64,000 nucleotides of DNA. Origin: an uncultured Desulfobacteraceae bacterium. Its GTDB lineage: Bacteria > Desulfobacterota > Desulfobacteria > Desulfobacterales > UBA2174. The position numbers and the translations under genes were made by a program. The stretch is from assembly GCA_937982505.1 (NCBI GenBank), contig CALJLV010000065.1, forward strand, positions 75 to 64,074, written 5' to 3'. Within the stretch, counting starts at the first letter, position 1; every line of letters begins with the position of its first letter. The notes below the pieces were generated by a model, which saw only the letters and a list, made by a program, of their open reading frames with translations, had not been told where the DNA came from and made no database searches. Shown here piece after piece: positions 36,633-46,374 of the stretch.

Positions 36633-37412
36633 TCAAAGCGCGTCCATGGCCGCTTTGGCCTTCTGGCCGATCGCGGACTTGGGAGATAGGTCCTGGGCCC
36701 GGCCGAACGCCTGCCGGGCGTTGGCCCTGTCGCCCAGCGCCAGGTAGGCCCGGCCTCTTTCGAAATGAATCTCGGGCAGGTCAGCGACCATGGCCGCGGT
36801 GTTCAGATGCTCCAGCGCCTCGGCGGGGCGCTGCTGGTCCAGCAGGAGGCGGCCGAGGTTCGCCAGGGTTCGGACATAGGTCGGATCCTTGGTGAAGCCT
36901 TTCTGGTAATGCTCCAAAACGGCGCGGTAGTACTTTTCCGCCAGCTGCGGCTGCCCGCTCTGGTAATAGGCCCAGGCCAGATTGGCGGCGGCGAAGTGGG
37001 GCGTGGCATAGAGCAAATCGGCTTCGACCCGTTTCAGGTGGGCGATGGCCTGGTCGTATCGCCCCTCTTTGATCAGCACCACGGCCAGATTGTTGCGCGC
37101 CTGGGAATATCCGGGCCGCAGGGACAGGGCGTTTTCGTAGTGCCCCCGGGCCAGTTCGAGCTGCGCCAGCCCTTCGTAGGCCAGCCCCAGGAGAAACTGA
37201 ACCTGGGCGTCCCGGGGCCATTTCTTTTCGGCGTCCAGCAGTTCGAACAGGGCCGCCCGCGGCTTGCTGTCCAGAATGAAGGCCTCTGCCAGGCGGATCT
37301 TGGCTTCTCGCTGGTGTTCGCTGACGGCGGGGTCCATGACACAGCCGGCGGCCAGCAGCGCCAGAACCACCGAAACCCCAAACCACCTGGACACGGATAA
37401 GGTAGGCATCAT
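36633..37412 (-). CDS. pilW: TPR lipoprotein, PilW/PilF-like type IV pilus biogenesis/stability protein
   Basis: 259 aa. Lipobox LLAAGC and about 6 TPR repeats. Convergent with pilQ. The family call rests on architecture and context. Confidence 0.6.
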   Translation of the reverse strand: MMPTLSVSRWFGVSVVLALLAAGCVMDPAVSEHQREAKIRLAEAFILDSKPRAALFELLDAEKKWPRDAQVQFLLGLAYEGLAQLELARGHYENALSLRPGYSQARNNLAVVLIKEGRYDQAIAHLKRVEADLLYATPHFAAANLAWAYYQSGQPQLAEKYYRAVLEHYQKGFTKDPTYVRTLANLGRLLLDQQRPAEALEHLNTAAMVADLPEIHFERGRAYLALGDRANARQAFGRAQDLSPKSAIGQKAKAAMDAL

Positions 37413-38959
37413 CTTTCCCCGTCTAAGGCCGGCCCTTCCCGGTCCTGCCGACAGCCGCGGACCGGCTCCAGCTCCAGCGCCCGGGCGATCTCCTGGCAGG
37501 TGCGGTCAACGAAACGGACAAAGTCCTCGCCGGTCAGGGGCGCTCCCGGCGCCGGCACACGCGCCAGGTCCGCCGGGCGCACCAGGGCCGGCCGGTTGAT
37601 CAGGTTCGGATCCGGCACGATCCCGTACTCGTCCGGGAATTGGCCGCGGAAGTACAGATCCTGGAATCCGCTGAACTTCAGGGCATGGGCCGTCGAATCG
37701 AGCACGGCGGTTTCGGTTTCCGAGACGCATCCCTGGGCACGGGCCGCCACCAGCCCGGCCAGGCTCTCTCCGCCGTGGGTGCAGGCCACGTGGCCGTTGC
37801 GGTTGGCGGTGAGCTGCCAGTCCATGATGGACTGTTCGTCCACGGCCACGAAAAAGGTGCGCTGGCCCCCGGCCACGGTGTTGTAGCGCTCCACCAGATG
37901 GACCACCCGGGGCATGGAGACCGGATTGCCGATCATGGCCGCCTGGGCCACGCTGGGCTGGACCGTGACCGGCGCGAAGCGGCGCCGGGCCGGGTCCGGT
38001 TCCCGGTAATAGCGGTACACCGGATCGGCGTGCAGGGACTGGACCCCGATGATTTTGGGCAGGGCCGAGATCACCCCGACTTCGTGAAACTTGAGAAAGC
38101 CGCGCATCACGGCCGTGATGTTGCCGGCGTTACCGATGGGGACCACCACCACCAGATTCCGGACCGCGTAATCGAAATCCTGCGCGATCTCATAGGCATA
38201 GGACTCCTGGCCGAGAATCCGCCAGGCGTTCTTGCTGTTGAGCAGGGCCACGTTGTAGCGCTCCGACAGGGCCTCGACCACCTTCATGCAGTCGTCGAAG
38301 ACCCCCGGGATCTCGAACACGGCAGCCCCGCTGCCCAGGGGCTGGCTGAGCTGCTGGGGGGTGACCTTGCCGTGGGGCAGGAGCACGGCCGATTTGACAT
38401 GGGGCTGCAGGTAGGCCCCGTAGAGGGCGGCGGCGGCCGAGGTGTCCCCCGTCGACGCGCAGACGGCCAGAACCTGATCGAGCTGCCCGCTCTGAACCAG
38501 ATGATGGATGTAACTCAGGGCGCTGGCCATCCCCCGGTCCTTGAATGAAGCGCTGGGATTCTGGCCGTCGTTCTTGAAGAAGAAGCGCATTCCGACCCGC
38601 TCCTGAAGGATCCGGTTGGCCTCCACCACCGGGGTGTGCCCCTCGCCCAGGTAGACCACGGCTTCCAGGGGGATGACCGGTCCGATGAACTCGTGGTAGC
38701 GGTAGATCCCCTTGAGGGCTGGAATGGTGAGCATCTTGCGATAGTCGAAAAGCCGCTGCCAGGTGGCACCGTCCACCGCCTTCAGGGCGGCAAAGTCCTC
38801 GTCCTCGATGAGCAGCACCCCGCCGCAGGCCGGGCAGGTGTACAGGAGCCGCCGGATGCCGAAGCGCTCGGGGCATCCCAGGCAGCGGTACACCAGACGA
38901 CCGCGGCATTGGGGGACCAGGGGAAGGGCCAGGGTTTCGGGAAAATCGGCGGCTTTCAT
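37409..38959 (-). CDS. thrC: Threonine synthase family PLP enzyme with N-terminal zinc ribbon
   Basis: 516 aa from ATG 38959. CLGCPERF...CPACGG ribbon and PLP-lysine motif [14 protein letters not shown] overlaps with the serS stop and the pilW start. The ORF-track extension to 39268 lies inside serS. Confidence 0.8.
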   Translation of the reverse strand: MKAADFPETLALPLVPQCRGRLVYRCLGCPERFGIRRLLYTCPACGGVLLIEDEDFAALKAVDGATWQRLFDYRKMLTIPALKGIYRYHEFIGPVIPLEAVVYLGEGHTPVVEANRILQERVGMRFFFKNDGQNPSASFKDRGMASALSYIHHLVQSGQLDQVLAVCASTGDTSAAAALYGAYLQPHVKSAVLLPHGKVTPQQLSQPLGSGAAVFEIPGVFDDCMKVVEALSERYNVALLNSKNAWRILGQESYAYEIAQDFDYAVRNLVVVVPIGNAGNITAVMRGFLKFHEVGVISALPKIIGVQSLHADPVYRYYREPDPARRRFAPVTVQPSVAQAAMIGNPVSMPRVVHLVERYNTVAGGQRTFFVAVDEQSIMDWQLTANRNGHVACTHGGESLAGLVAARAQGCVSETETAVLDSTAHALKFSGFQDLYFRGQFPDEYGIVPDPNLINRPALVRPADLARVPAPGAPLTGEDFVRFVDRTCQEIARALELEPVRGCRQDREGPALDGER

Positions 38960-40230
38960 GGAACGATGGCCTCCATGCCCCCCATGTAGGGACGCAGGAC
39001 CTCGGGGATGCGGATCGTGCCGTCGGCCTGCTGGCAGTTTTCGCAGATGGCCGCCACCGTACGGCCCACGGCCAGCCCGGAGCCGTTGAGGGTGTGGACC
39101 AGCTCGGTCCCCCGCTTGCCCTTGCGCCGAAAGCGCAGATCGGCCCGGCGGGCCTGAAAGTCTTCGAAGTTGCTGCACGAGGAGATCTCGCGGTACACCC
39201 CCTGGGCCGGCATCCAGACCTCGATGTCGTAGGTTTTGGCCGCCGAGAACCCCAGGTCCCCGGTGCACAGGGTGATCACCCGGTAGGGCAGCTCGATCCG
39301 GCGCAGGATGGTTTCGGCATCGGCCAGCAGAGAGGCCAGTTCATCATAGCTGGTTTCGGGCAGGGTCAGCTTTACCAGCTCGACCTTGTTGAACTGGTGC
39401 TGGCGGATCAGGCCCCGGGTATCCTTGCCGTGGGAGCCGGCCTCGGAGCGGAAGCAGGGGGTATGGGCGGTGAAGCGCAGGGGGAGCTGCTCCGCCTCCA
39501 GGATGCGGCCGGCATGGATGTTGGTCACCGGCACCTCGGCGGTGGGGATCAGAAAATAGTCCCATCCTTCGAGCTTGAACAGGTCCGCCTCGAACTTGGG
39601 CAGCTGACCGGTGCCGGTCATGGTGGCGCGGTTGACCATGAAGGGCGGCAGCACCTCCAGGTATCCGTGTTCCGTGGTGTGCACATCCAGCATGAAGTTG
39701 ATCAGGGCCCGCTCCAGGCGGGCGCCGGGGCCGAAGTAGAGAGGAAACCGGGAGCCGGTGAGTTTCGCGGCGGTCTCGAAGTCGAAGATCCCCAGACGGG
39801 CGCCCAGATCCCAGTGGGCCTGGGGGGCGAAATCGAAGGCGGGCACCTCGCCGACGACGCGCACCACGGGGTTGTCGGATTCGTCGCGCCCCACGGGGAC
39901 GCTGGCATGGGGCAGGTTGGGGATGTTGAGGAGCATCTGGCGCAGCTGCGTCTCGGCCTCGGCCAGGGCGCCCTCGAGGTGCTTGATGGTGGCGGAGACC
40001 TCGCGCATCTCGCCCACCAGCACCCCGGCGTCCGCGCCGGTCTTTTTCAGGCCGGCGATCTCCTCGCTGACCACGTTGCGCCGGTGGCGCAGCGCCTCGA
40101 CCCGCTGCAAGTCTTCGCGCCGCCGGGCCTCGAGGCCCAGGAAGGCCTCCAGATCGATGTCGGTTCCCCGATGGGCCAGCGCCTGGCGCACCCGGTCGGC
40201 GTCCTGAACGATGGTCTTGATATCCAGCAT
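38956..40230 (-). CDS. serS: Seryl-tRNA synthetase
   Basis: 424 aa from ATG 40230. N-terminal coiled-coil arm and class II motifs (...FRSEAGS.GKDTRGL.R.HQF.KVE..., GSGLAVGRT). Confidence 0.95.
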   Translation of the reverse strand: MLDIKTIVQDADRVRQALAHRGTDIDLEAFLGLEARRREDLQRVEALRHRRNVVSEEIAGLKKTGADAGVLVGEMREVSATIKHLEGALAEAETQLRQMLLNIPNLPHASVPVGRDESDNPVVRVVGEVPAFDFAPQAHWDLGARLGIFDFETAAKLTGSRFPLYFGPGARLERALINFMLDVHTTEHGYLEVLPPFMVNRATMTGTGQLPKFEADLFKLEGWDYFLIPTAEVPVTNIHAGRILEAEQLPLRFTAHTPCFRSEAGSHGKDTRGLIRQHQFNKVELVKLTLPETSYDELASLLADAETILRRIELPYRVITLCTGDLGFSAAKTYDIEVWMPAQGVYREISSCSNFEDFQARRADLRFRRKGKRGTELVHTLNGSGLAVGRTVAAICENCQQADGTIRIPEVLRPYMGGMEAIVP

Positions 40231-40361
40231 GACGATTCCTAGTATTTTGAGTTTTAAATCCTGTCGGATCCCTCGCAAAGAAGCGGCGGCCGGCGGGCAA
40301 GGTCTTGAAACGATTCGAAACCTTAGTATGAACGACTCATTTAGTCAATGATTATTATAAG

Positions 40362-40390
40362 TTGACTTTATTTGGCGGCTTTCGTATACT
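40362..40390 (+). promoter_or_regulatory. Sigma-70 promoter for the 5-FCL/pcm/DUF368 operon (TTGACT-17-TATACT)
   Basis: TTGACT 40362-40367, exact 17-nt spacer, TATACT 40385-40390. The -35 is one arm of an inverted repeat AGTCAA(40343-40348)...TTGACT. Confidence 0.6.
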
Positions 40391-40449
40391 GGCGGCCGTC
40401 CTCGTGTGTGATGCACGACAGCCAGCGACGCCCGCCCAGGAGGCAATTG

Positions 40450-41037
40450 ATGGAGGATCATACGAGTGTTCATGCCGAACTTCGGCAGCAGGCACTGGCC
40501 GCTCTTGAGCAGCTGTCCACGGCGGAGCGCGAGGCGCGAACCCGGGCGATTGAAGCCCGCCTCTTCGATTTTGCCAATTTCCTCGAGGCGCGCATTGTGA
40601 TGATGTATCTGCCGGGACCAGGAGAAGTCGATACCCGCGACATGATTCGCCGGGCCCTGGACTACAACAAGATCGTGGTGCTGCCCGAGTTCTCGCAGCA
40701 GCGCAAAGAGGTGCGGCTGCTGAAGATCGACAATCTGGAGGCCGATCTGTGCAGCGATGCCTCCGGCCTGGCCGGGCCGGATCCCCAGCGCTGCCGCCAG
40801 GTGCCGCTGGACGTGGTCGACATCGCCATTTTACCGGCGGTGGCCCTGGACGAAAAGGGGGGGCGCATCGGCCGGGGAGACCGCTCTTTCGACCGCCTGA
40901 TCCCCCTGCTGGCGGTGACCACCCGCAAGGTGGCGCTGGGTTTCGAGGAACAGATCCTGCCGCAGATACCCATGGAATCCCACGACAAGTTCGTCGACAT
41001 CATCATCACCAATCAGCGGACCATCTACAAGATTTGA
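40450..41037 (+). CDS. 5-formyltetrahydrofolate cyclo-ligase
   Basis: 195 aa from ATG 40450. Family-typical layout (...IVMMYLPGPGEVDT..., ...VALDEKGGRIGRGDRSFDR...). Confidence 0.75.
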   Translation: MEDHTSVHAELRQQALAALEQLSTAEREARTRAIEARLFDFANFLEARIVMMYLPGPGEVDTRDMIRRALDYNKIVVLPEFSQQRKEVRLLKIDNLEADLCSDASGLAGPDPQRCRQVPLDVVDIAILPAVALDEKGGRIGRGDRSFDRLIPLLAVTTRKVALGFEEQILPQIPMESHDKFVDIIITNQRTIYKI

Positions 41038-41079
41038 GTGCCGTTCAAGCGGCCGCCGCCCAGCCAGACGAATGGGGTC

Positions 41080-41736
41080 ATGACCCAGGAACCGGTGAAA
41101 TTCAAAAGACAGCGCGAAGAGATGGTCCGGTCCCAACTCATGGCCCGCGGCATCAGCGATGCCAAGGTGCTGGCGGCCATGGGCCGGGTGCCGCGGCACC
41201 GGTTTGTCAGCGAAGCCCTGATGGACCAGGCCTACGGCGATTTCCCGCTGCCCATCGGTGATCAGCAGACCATCTCCCAGCCGTACATCGTGGCCCAGAT
41301 GACCCAGGCGCTGGAACTGCGGCCTTCGGATCGGGTGCTCGAAATCGGCACCGGCTCCGGCTACCAGGCCGCCGTTCTGGCCGAAATCGTGGCCAAGGTC
41401 TATACCGTCGAGCGCATCTACAACCTCTATCAGCGCTGCCGCAAGCTTTTCGACGCGCTTCGCTATCACAACATCGTCATGCGCTACGCGGACGGCACCA
41501 CCGGCTGGTCCGATGAGAGCCCCTTCGATGCCATCATCGTCACCGCCGGGGCCCCGGGAATCCCCGAGGTGCTGGTGCGGCAGTTGGCCTGCGGCGGGCG
41601 CATGGTCCTGCCGGTGGGGGATCCTTACATTCAGGAACTGTGCAAACTGACCCTCACCTCCGAGGGGCTGGTGAAATCCCGGCTGGGCGGCTGCCGTTTT
41701 GTCAAGCTGGTGGGCGAGTATGGCTGGAAAGACTAG
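41080..41736 (+). CDS. pcm: Protein-L-isoaspartate O-methyltransferase
   Basis: 218 aa from ATG 41080. VPRHRFV, QTISQPYIVA, VLEIGTGSGYQAAVLA. Confidence 0.9.
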   Translation: MTQEPVKFKRQREEMVRSQLMARGISDAKVLAAMGRVPRHRFVSEALMDQAYGDFPLPIGDQQTISQPYIVAQMTQALELRPSDRVLEIGTGSGYQAAVLAEIVAKVYTVERIYNLYQRCRKLFDALRYHNIVMRYADGTTGWSDESPFDAIIVTAGAPGIPEVLVRQLACGGRMVLPVGDPYIQELCKLTLTSEGLVKSRLGGCRFVKLVGEYGWKD

Positions 41737-41739
41737 CCC

Positions 41740-42729
41740 ATGACCTGGAAAGAGGCCTTTTTGGCCAGCCCGGGCCCCAGGAACGGCAAAGCGGCGCTGA
41801 TCCTGGGCCTCAAGGGGCTTCTCATGGGCACCGCCGATATCATTCCGGGAGTTTCGGGCGGCACCATCGCCCTGATCACCGGAATCTACGGGCACCTGCT
41901 GGCGGCCATCAAGTCCGCCGACCTCAAGGCCCTGGGACTCCTCTTGAAGGGCGATTTCAAAGGCGCCGCGGCCCGGCTGCACCTGAGGTTCCTGCTGCCC
42001 CTGCTGCTGGGCATCGGCACCGCCATTTTGGCCTTCGCCCGCCTGATGAGCTACCTGCTGCGGGATCACCCCATCGTCGTGTGGAGCCTCTTTTCGGGAT
42101 TGGTGGCCGCCTCGGTGGTCGTGGTGGCCGCCCGGATTTCCCGCTGGCGCCTGGCGCCCGCGGCGGCCCTGGGGGCCGGATTGGGCGTCGCCTGGTGGAT
42201 TGTCCACCAGGTCCCCATATCCACCCCGGAAACCTGGGACGTCATTTTTTTTTCCGGCATGCTGGCCATCTGCGCCATGATCCTGCCGGGCATCAGTGGC
42301 GCCTTCATCCTGCTGATTCTGGGCAAGTACGCCTTCATCACCGGAACCCTGAAAAACCCCTTTCTGCCCGCCAACCTGGCGGTGATCGCGGTCTTCGGCG
42401 CCGGCTGCCTGACGGGAATCCTCCTGTTTTCCCGGATCCTGCACCGCCTCCTGGACCGGCACCATGACCCCACCATGGCCTTTCTCACGGGCCTCATGGC
42501 AGGCACCCTGCCGCGCTTGTGGCCCTGGCAGGAGGCGGTGGCAACCCGCCTCATCGACGGCCAGCGCCATGTCATCGCCACCCGCAGCGCCCTTCCCGAG
42601 GAGATGGGCAGCGCCCTGCTGGCCCTGGCCTTTTTTACCGCTGGCGCCGCGGCGGTGCTGGCCATCGAGCGCCTCTCCCGGCAGCGACGGCCATCGCCTG
42701 CCGCTTGCGGTGACGCTGGCGCGGATTAA
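41740..42729 (+). CDS. DUF368 family polytopic membrane protein
   Basis: 329 aa. Signature GTADIIPGVSGGTIALITGIY, repeated later as ILPGISGAFILLILG. Confidence 0.8.
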   Translation: MTWKEAFLASPGPRNGKAALILGLKGLLMGTADIIPGVSGGTIALITGIYGHLLAAIKSADLKALGLLLKGDFKGAAARLHLRFLLPLLLGIGTAILAFARLMSYLLRDHPIVVWSLFSGLVAASVVVVAARISRWRLAPAAALGAGLGVAWWIVHQVPISTPETWDVIFFSGMLAICAMILPGISGAFILLILGKYAFITGTLKNPFLPANLAVIAVFGAGCLTGILLFSRILHRLLDRHHDPTMAFLTGLMAGTLPRLWPWQEAVATRLIDGQRHVIATRSALPEEMGSALLALAFFTAGAAAVLAIERLSRQRRPSPAACGDAGAD

Positions 42730-42732
42730 AGG

Positions 42733-43653
42733 CTAAAGCGGCCGGCCGTGCGCGCCCGGGTCGCCCATCACATCCCGCAGGAATTGGGCGAAGATCCGCC
42801 CCAGGGGGGAAGGGGTGCGCTGGCGGTGACGGGTGAGCAGAAAGGATCGTTTCAGGACCAGCCCCTGCACCGGCAGGGCAACGAGGGTGCCCCGGGCCAG
42901 TTCTTCGGCCACCGCGATGGGCGAGAGGATCGAAACCCCGACCCCGCTCTTGATGGCCTGGATCACCGCTGCGGTATTGCCCATCTCGGCGACGATGCGA
43001 AGCTGGTCCAGGGACATTCCGGCCCGCTGCAGGCCGGCCTCCAGGGCCGCCAGGGTCCCCGACCCCGGTTCACGAACCACAAAGGGGTGATCAGCCAGTT
43101 CCGCCGGAGTGACCTGGGCATGCGCTGCCCACGGGTGGCCGGCGGGCACCACCAGACGCAATTCGTCTTCGTGCAGCGCTTCCTGCACCGCCGCCGGATC
43201 GGCGCTGCAGGACCCGATGACCCCGATTTCCAGATCCCCGCCCAGCACTCGCTCCAGGATCTGCTGGCTGTCGGCGATTTGCAGCGAGACCTGCACCTGG
43301 GGGTACCGGCGTGTAAATCCACCGATCACGGCCGGCAGGAGGTAGGTCCCGGGGATGGTGCTGGCCCCCACCCGCAGATGGCCGCGGGTGGCCCCCAGGT
43401 GCGCCGCCATGGCGGCCTCGGTTTCATCGCTCAGCGCCATCAGCTTCAGGGCATAGCCCTGGAGGACGCTTCCGGCGCTGGTGGGCAGGGCCTCTTTGGC
43501 CAGACGATCGATGAGGCGGCAGCCGAAATGCCGCTCCAGGGCCTGAATGTGGCTGCTGATGGTCGGCTGGGAGAGGTGGATGGCGTGCGCCGCCCGGGAA
43601 AAGCTCCGGTGTTCAATGACCTTGCAGAAGATTCGCAGCTGCCATAGATCCAT
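42733..43653 (-). CDS. LysR-family transcriptional regulator
   Basis: 306 aa from ATG 43653. MDLWQLRIFCKVIEHRSFSRAAHAIHLSQPTISSHIQALE is the LysR HTH. Confidence 0.9.
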   Translation of the reverse strand: MDLWQLRIFCKVIEHRSFSRAAHAIHLSQPTISSHIQALERHFGCRLIDRLAKEALPTSAGSVLQGYALKLMALSDETEAAMAAHLGATRGHLRVGASTIPGTYLLPAVIGGFTRRYPQVQVSLQIADSQQILERVLGGDLEIGVIGSCSADPAAVQEALHEDELRLVVPAGHPWAAHAQVTPAELADHPFVVREPGSGTLAALEAGLQRAGMSLDQLRIVAEMGNTAAVIQAIKSGVGVSILSPIAVAEELARGTLVALPVQGLVLKRSFLLTRHRQRTPSPLGRIFAQFLRDVMGDPGAHGRPL

Positions 43654-43734
43654 GGGACATGCCGGCCTTTGATGATCGCCAAGCGCCATGGCCCCTTGCG
43701 GGGGCCGCACCTTTGAAGGACCCGCCAGCCCCGA

Positions 43735-44244
43735 TCAGCGCCCGGATCCGTCTTTAGGGGGGCATTGGGCGAATTTTTCGGTAAGGCGGCGCTTGACCAT
43801 GGGCGGCACCATGTCGGCGATGTCGCCGCCGAATTTGGCGGCCTCCTTGATGATCGAACTGCTGGTGAAGATCCAGCGCAGCCCGGTCATCAAAAAGACC
43901 GTCTGCACCTCACGGTTGAGCTTGCGGTTCATCAAGGCCAGCTGGAATTCGTATTCGAAATCGCTCACGGCCCGCATGCCCCGCAGGATGGCATGGGCGC
44001 CGCGACGGCTGGCGTAATCCACCAGCAGCCCGTCGAAGGCGTCCACCTCGACGTTCTGGAAATCGGCCAGCACGGTGCGCAGCATGTCCAGCCGCTCGGG
44101 CACGGTAAACAGGGCCTTCTTTCCGGGGTTATGCAAAATGGCGACAATGATGCGATCGAACAGCTTCAACCCGCGTTCGACGATGTCCAGATGGCCGTTG
44201 GTCACCGGATCGAACGATCCGGGATAGATGGCGATATGCTGCAT
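43735..44244 (-). CDS. coaD: Phosphopantetheine adenylyltransferase
   Basis: 169 aa. IYPGSFDPVTNGHLDI. Confidence 0.95.
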   Translation of the reverse strand: MQHIAIYPGSFDPVTNGHLDIVERGLKLFDRIIVAILHNPGKKALFTVPERLDMLRTVLADFQNVEVDAFDGLLVDYASRRGAHAILRGMRAVSDFEYEFQLALMNRKLNREVQTVFLMTGLRWIFTSSSIIKEAAKFGGDIADMVPPMVKRRLTEKFAQCPPKDGSGR

Positions 44245-44390
44245 GCGTAAAGCGCTCCCGGGGCCTGATCAGTTGCAGGAGCGGCACGGGGTCGGTTGGC
44301 CCCCGGGGGGGGCCAGGGGCCCCGGGCAAGCCGGCCCGGAATCCGCTGCAGCGCCACCCTGTGGACCAGCCGTGCCGCCAAAATGCGCTC

Positions 44391-44942
44391 TCATAGCACG
44401 CGGCTCAAAAAAGACACAAGGCTTTTCCCATAGCGGCGCTGGTCTTCCAGGCGCCAGGCGGTCGCCAAAGGCGGCAGACTTTCCGCGGGCGCGTGCTCGA
44501 TAACGATCATGGCCTGGGCGGACAGGCGCGCCGACCGGGTCCAGCAGGCCAGGGCCGCGGCCACCAGGCCCTGGGCATAGGGCGGATCCATGAAGACCAG
44601 ATCGCAAACCGGCAGGCCGATCCGGGGCGGCGGCGTCTGGCAGGCATCCCCACGAAGCACCCGGCCCCGCCCGGCGAAACCGCAGGCCTCCAGGTTGCGC
44701 CGGATCAGTGCCGCCGCCGCGGCACGCTGGTCGATGAACCAGGCGGCGGACGCGCCGCGGCTCAGGGCCTCGATGCCCAGGGCGCCGGTTCCGGCAAACA
44801 GATCCAGCACCACGGCCTGCTGGATCCGCGGACCGAGGATGTTGAAAATGCTTTCGCGCAGCCGGTCGGCCGTGGGGCGGATGGACCGGTCCGCGGGGGC
44901 AAAGAGGCGCTTTCCGCGCCGCTGGCCGGCGATGACGCGCAA
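44391..44942 (-). CDS. rsmD: 16S rRNA (guanine966-N2)-methyltransferase RsmD
   Basis: 183 aa if TTG 44942 is the start ((M)RVIAGQRRGKRL...). DLFAGTGALGIEALSRGA and the DPPY motif. The ORF-track extension to 45329 lies inside ntrX. Confidence 0.85.
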   Translation of the reverse strand: MRVIAGQRRGKRLFAPADRSIRPTADRLRESIFNILGPRIQQAVVLDLFAGTGALGIEALSRGASAAWFIDQRAAAAALIRRNLEACGFAGRGRVLRGDACQTPPPRIGLPVCDLVFMDPPYAQGLVAAALACWTRSARLSAQAMIVIEHAPAESLPPLATAWRLEDQRRYGKSLVSFLSRVL

Positions 44943-44955
44943 TCGAGGCTCCTTT

Positions 44956-46314
44956 TCAGGTGTCTTCTTCCAGTCCCCTGAGCTTTTTGTGCAGATAGCT
45001 GCGCGTGACCCCGATGGCCTCGGCGGTGCGGGTGATGTTGAAATTCTGCTCCTGGAGTTTGCGCTGGATGAAAGACTCCTCGAAGCTGCGCCGCGCCGCT
45101 TTGAGGTTTTCAGCGGTGAACGGATCGACGGCCGCCTCGTCGAGCTCGGAAAAGTCCCGGTAGGCGGCGGGGATATCGGCCAGGTCGATGACCTCCTTTT
45201 CCACCAGGATGTCGAGCCGCTCCACCAAATTGCGCAGTTCGCGGACATTGCCCGGCCACGCATGGCGTCCCAGGGCCGCCACCGCCTCGGGGGTAATCGT
45301 CTTGGCCCGGCTGCCGTTCTGGGCGGCAATCTCCTGGAAAAAAATGTCCACCAGGACCGGGATGTCCTCCGGCCGCTGGCGCAGCGGAGCGATCTGAATC
45401 GGAATCACGTTGAGCCGGTAGTAGAGGTCTTCGCGGAACTGGCCCGCGGCGATGGCCTGTTCCAGGTTCTTGTTGGATGCGGCGATCACCCGCACGTCCA
45501 CGGTGAGGGTGCGGCTTCCGCCGACGCGCTGGAACTGATATTTTTCCAGAAACTCCAGGATCTTGCCCTGGGTCTTGAGGCTCATGTCGCTGATTTCGTC
45601 CAGAAACAAAGTGCCGCCGTGGGCCAGCTCGAAGCGGCCCCGCTTCTTGGGCGTGCTGGGGTCGAAAGCCTCTTTTTCATGGCCGAACAACTCGCTCTCG
45701 ATCCTCTCCTCGGGAATCACGGCGCAGTTGACCACGACCAGGGGGTGGTCGGCTCTCGGGCTCAGATGGTGAATCGTGCGGGCCACCAGTTCCTTGCCGG
45801 TGCCGTTTTCGCCGGTGATCAGCACCGAGGCGGCCTTGGGGGCGGCTGCGGCGATGATCTTGCGCAGCTCGCGGGTGGCGGGGCTGTGCCCGCTGATGGC
45901 GTTTTTCTCGATGGTCTTTTTGCGCAGATATCGGTTTTCTTCCTCCAAGCGCTTGAAATTCAAAGCGTTGTTGATGGAAACGATCAGTTTTTCGATGGAC
46001 AGGGGCTTTTCGATCATGTCGAAGGCCCCGTGCTTGACGGCGGTAACCGCCGTTTCGATGTTCCCATGCCCCGTGATGATGACCACCGGCAGAAACGGGT
46101 GCTGTTTTTTGATCTCCCGCAAGGTCTCGATCCCGTCGATCCCGGGCATCCAGATGTCCAGGACCACCAGGTCCGGCGCCTGGGCCTCGATCTGCTTGAG
46201 GGCCTCGTAGCCGTTGGAGGCCGTGATGACCTCGTAGCCCTCGTCACCCAGCAGACCGCCGAGGGACTGGAGGATGGACGGTTCGTCGTCAACGATCAGA
46301 ATGGATGGGAACAT
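44956..46314 (-). CDS. ntrX: Sigma-54-type response regulator, NtrX-like (REC-AAA+-HTH)
   Basis: 452 aa. REC (ILIVDDE...DLVVLDIWMP), Walker A GENGTGKE, ESELFGHEKEAF. Immediately downstream of the NtrY-like kinase. Confidence 0.75.
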   Translation of the reverse strand: MFPSILIVDDEPSILQSLGGLLGDEGYEVITASNGYEALKQIEAQAPDLVVLDIWMPGIDGIETLREIKKQHPFLPVVIITGHGNIETAVTAVKHGAFDMIEKPLSIEKLIVSINNALNFKRLEEENRYLRKKTIEKNAISGHSPATRELRKIIAAAAPKAASVLITGENGTGKELVARTIHHLSPRADHPLVVVNCAVIPEERIESELFGHEKEAFDPSTPKKRGRFELAHGGTLFLDEISDMSLKTQGKILEFLEKYQFQRVGGSRTLTVDVRVIAASNKNLEQAIAAGQFREDLYYRLNVIPIQIAPLRQRPEDIPVLVDIFFQEIAAQNGSRAKTITPEAVAALGRHAWPGNVRELRNLVERLDILVEKEVIDLADIPAAYRDFSELDEAAVDPFTAENLKAARRSFEESFIQRKLQEQNFNITRTAEAIGVTRSYLHKKLRGLEEDT

Positions 46315-46374
46315 CGGCGCTCCTCGATTCTAGTGCATCTCGATGGCGAATTTCTCCGCTTCCCTCTAACCGCC

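Noticed and set aside
37409-45329. N-terminal extensions of thrC (to 39268), rsmD (to 45329), the methyltransferase (to 15469), cutA (to 18405) and others in the ORF track
   Set aside because: The extensions run into the upstream gene in another frame and are Arg/Gly/Pro-rich. Internal starts with SD sequences reproduce the canonical N-termini of the families.
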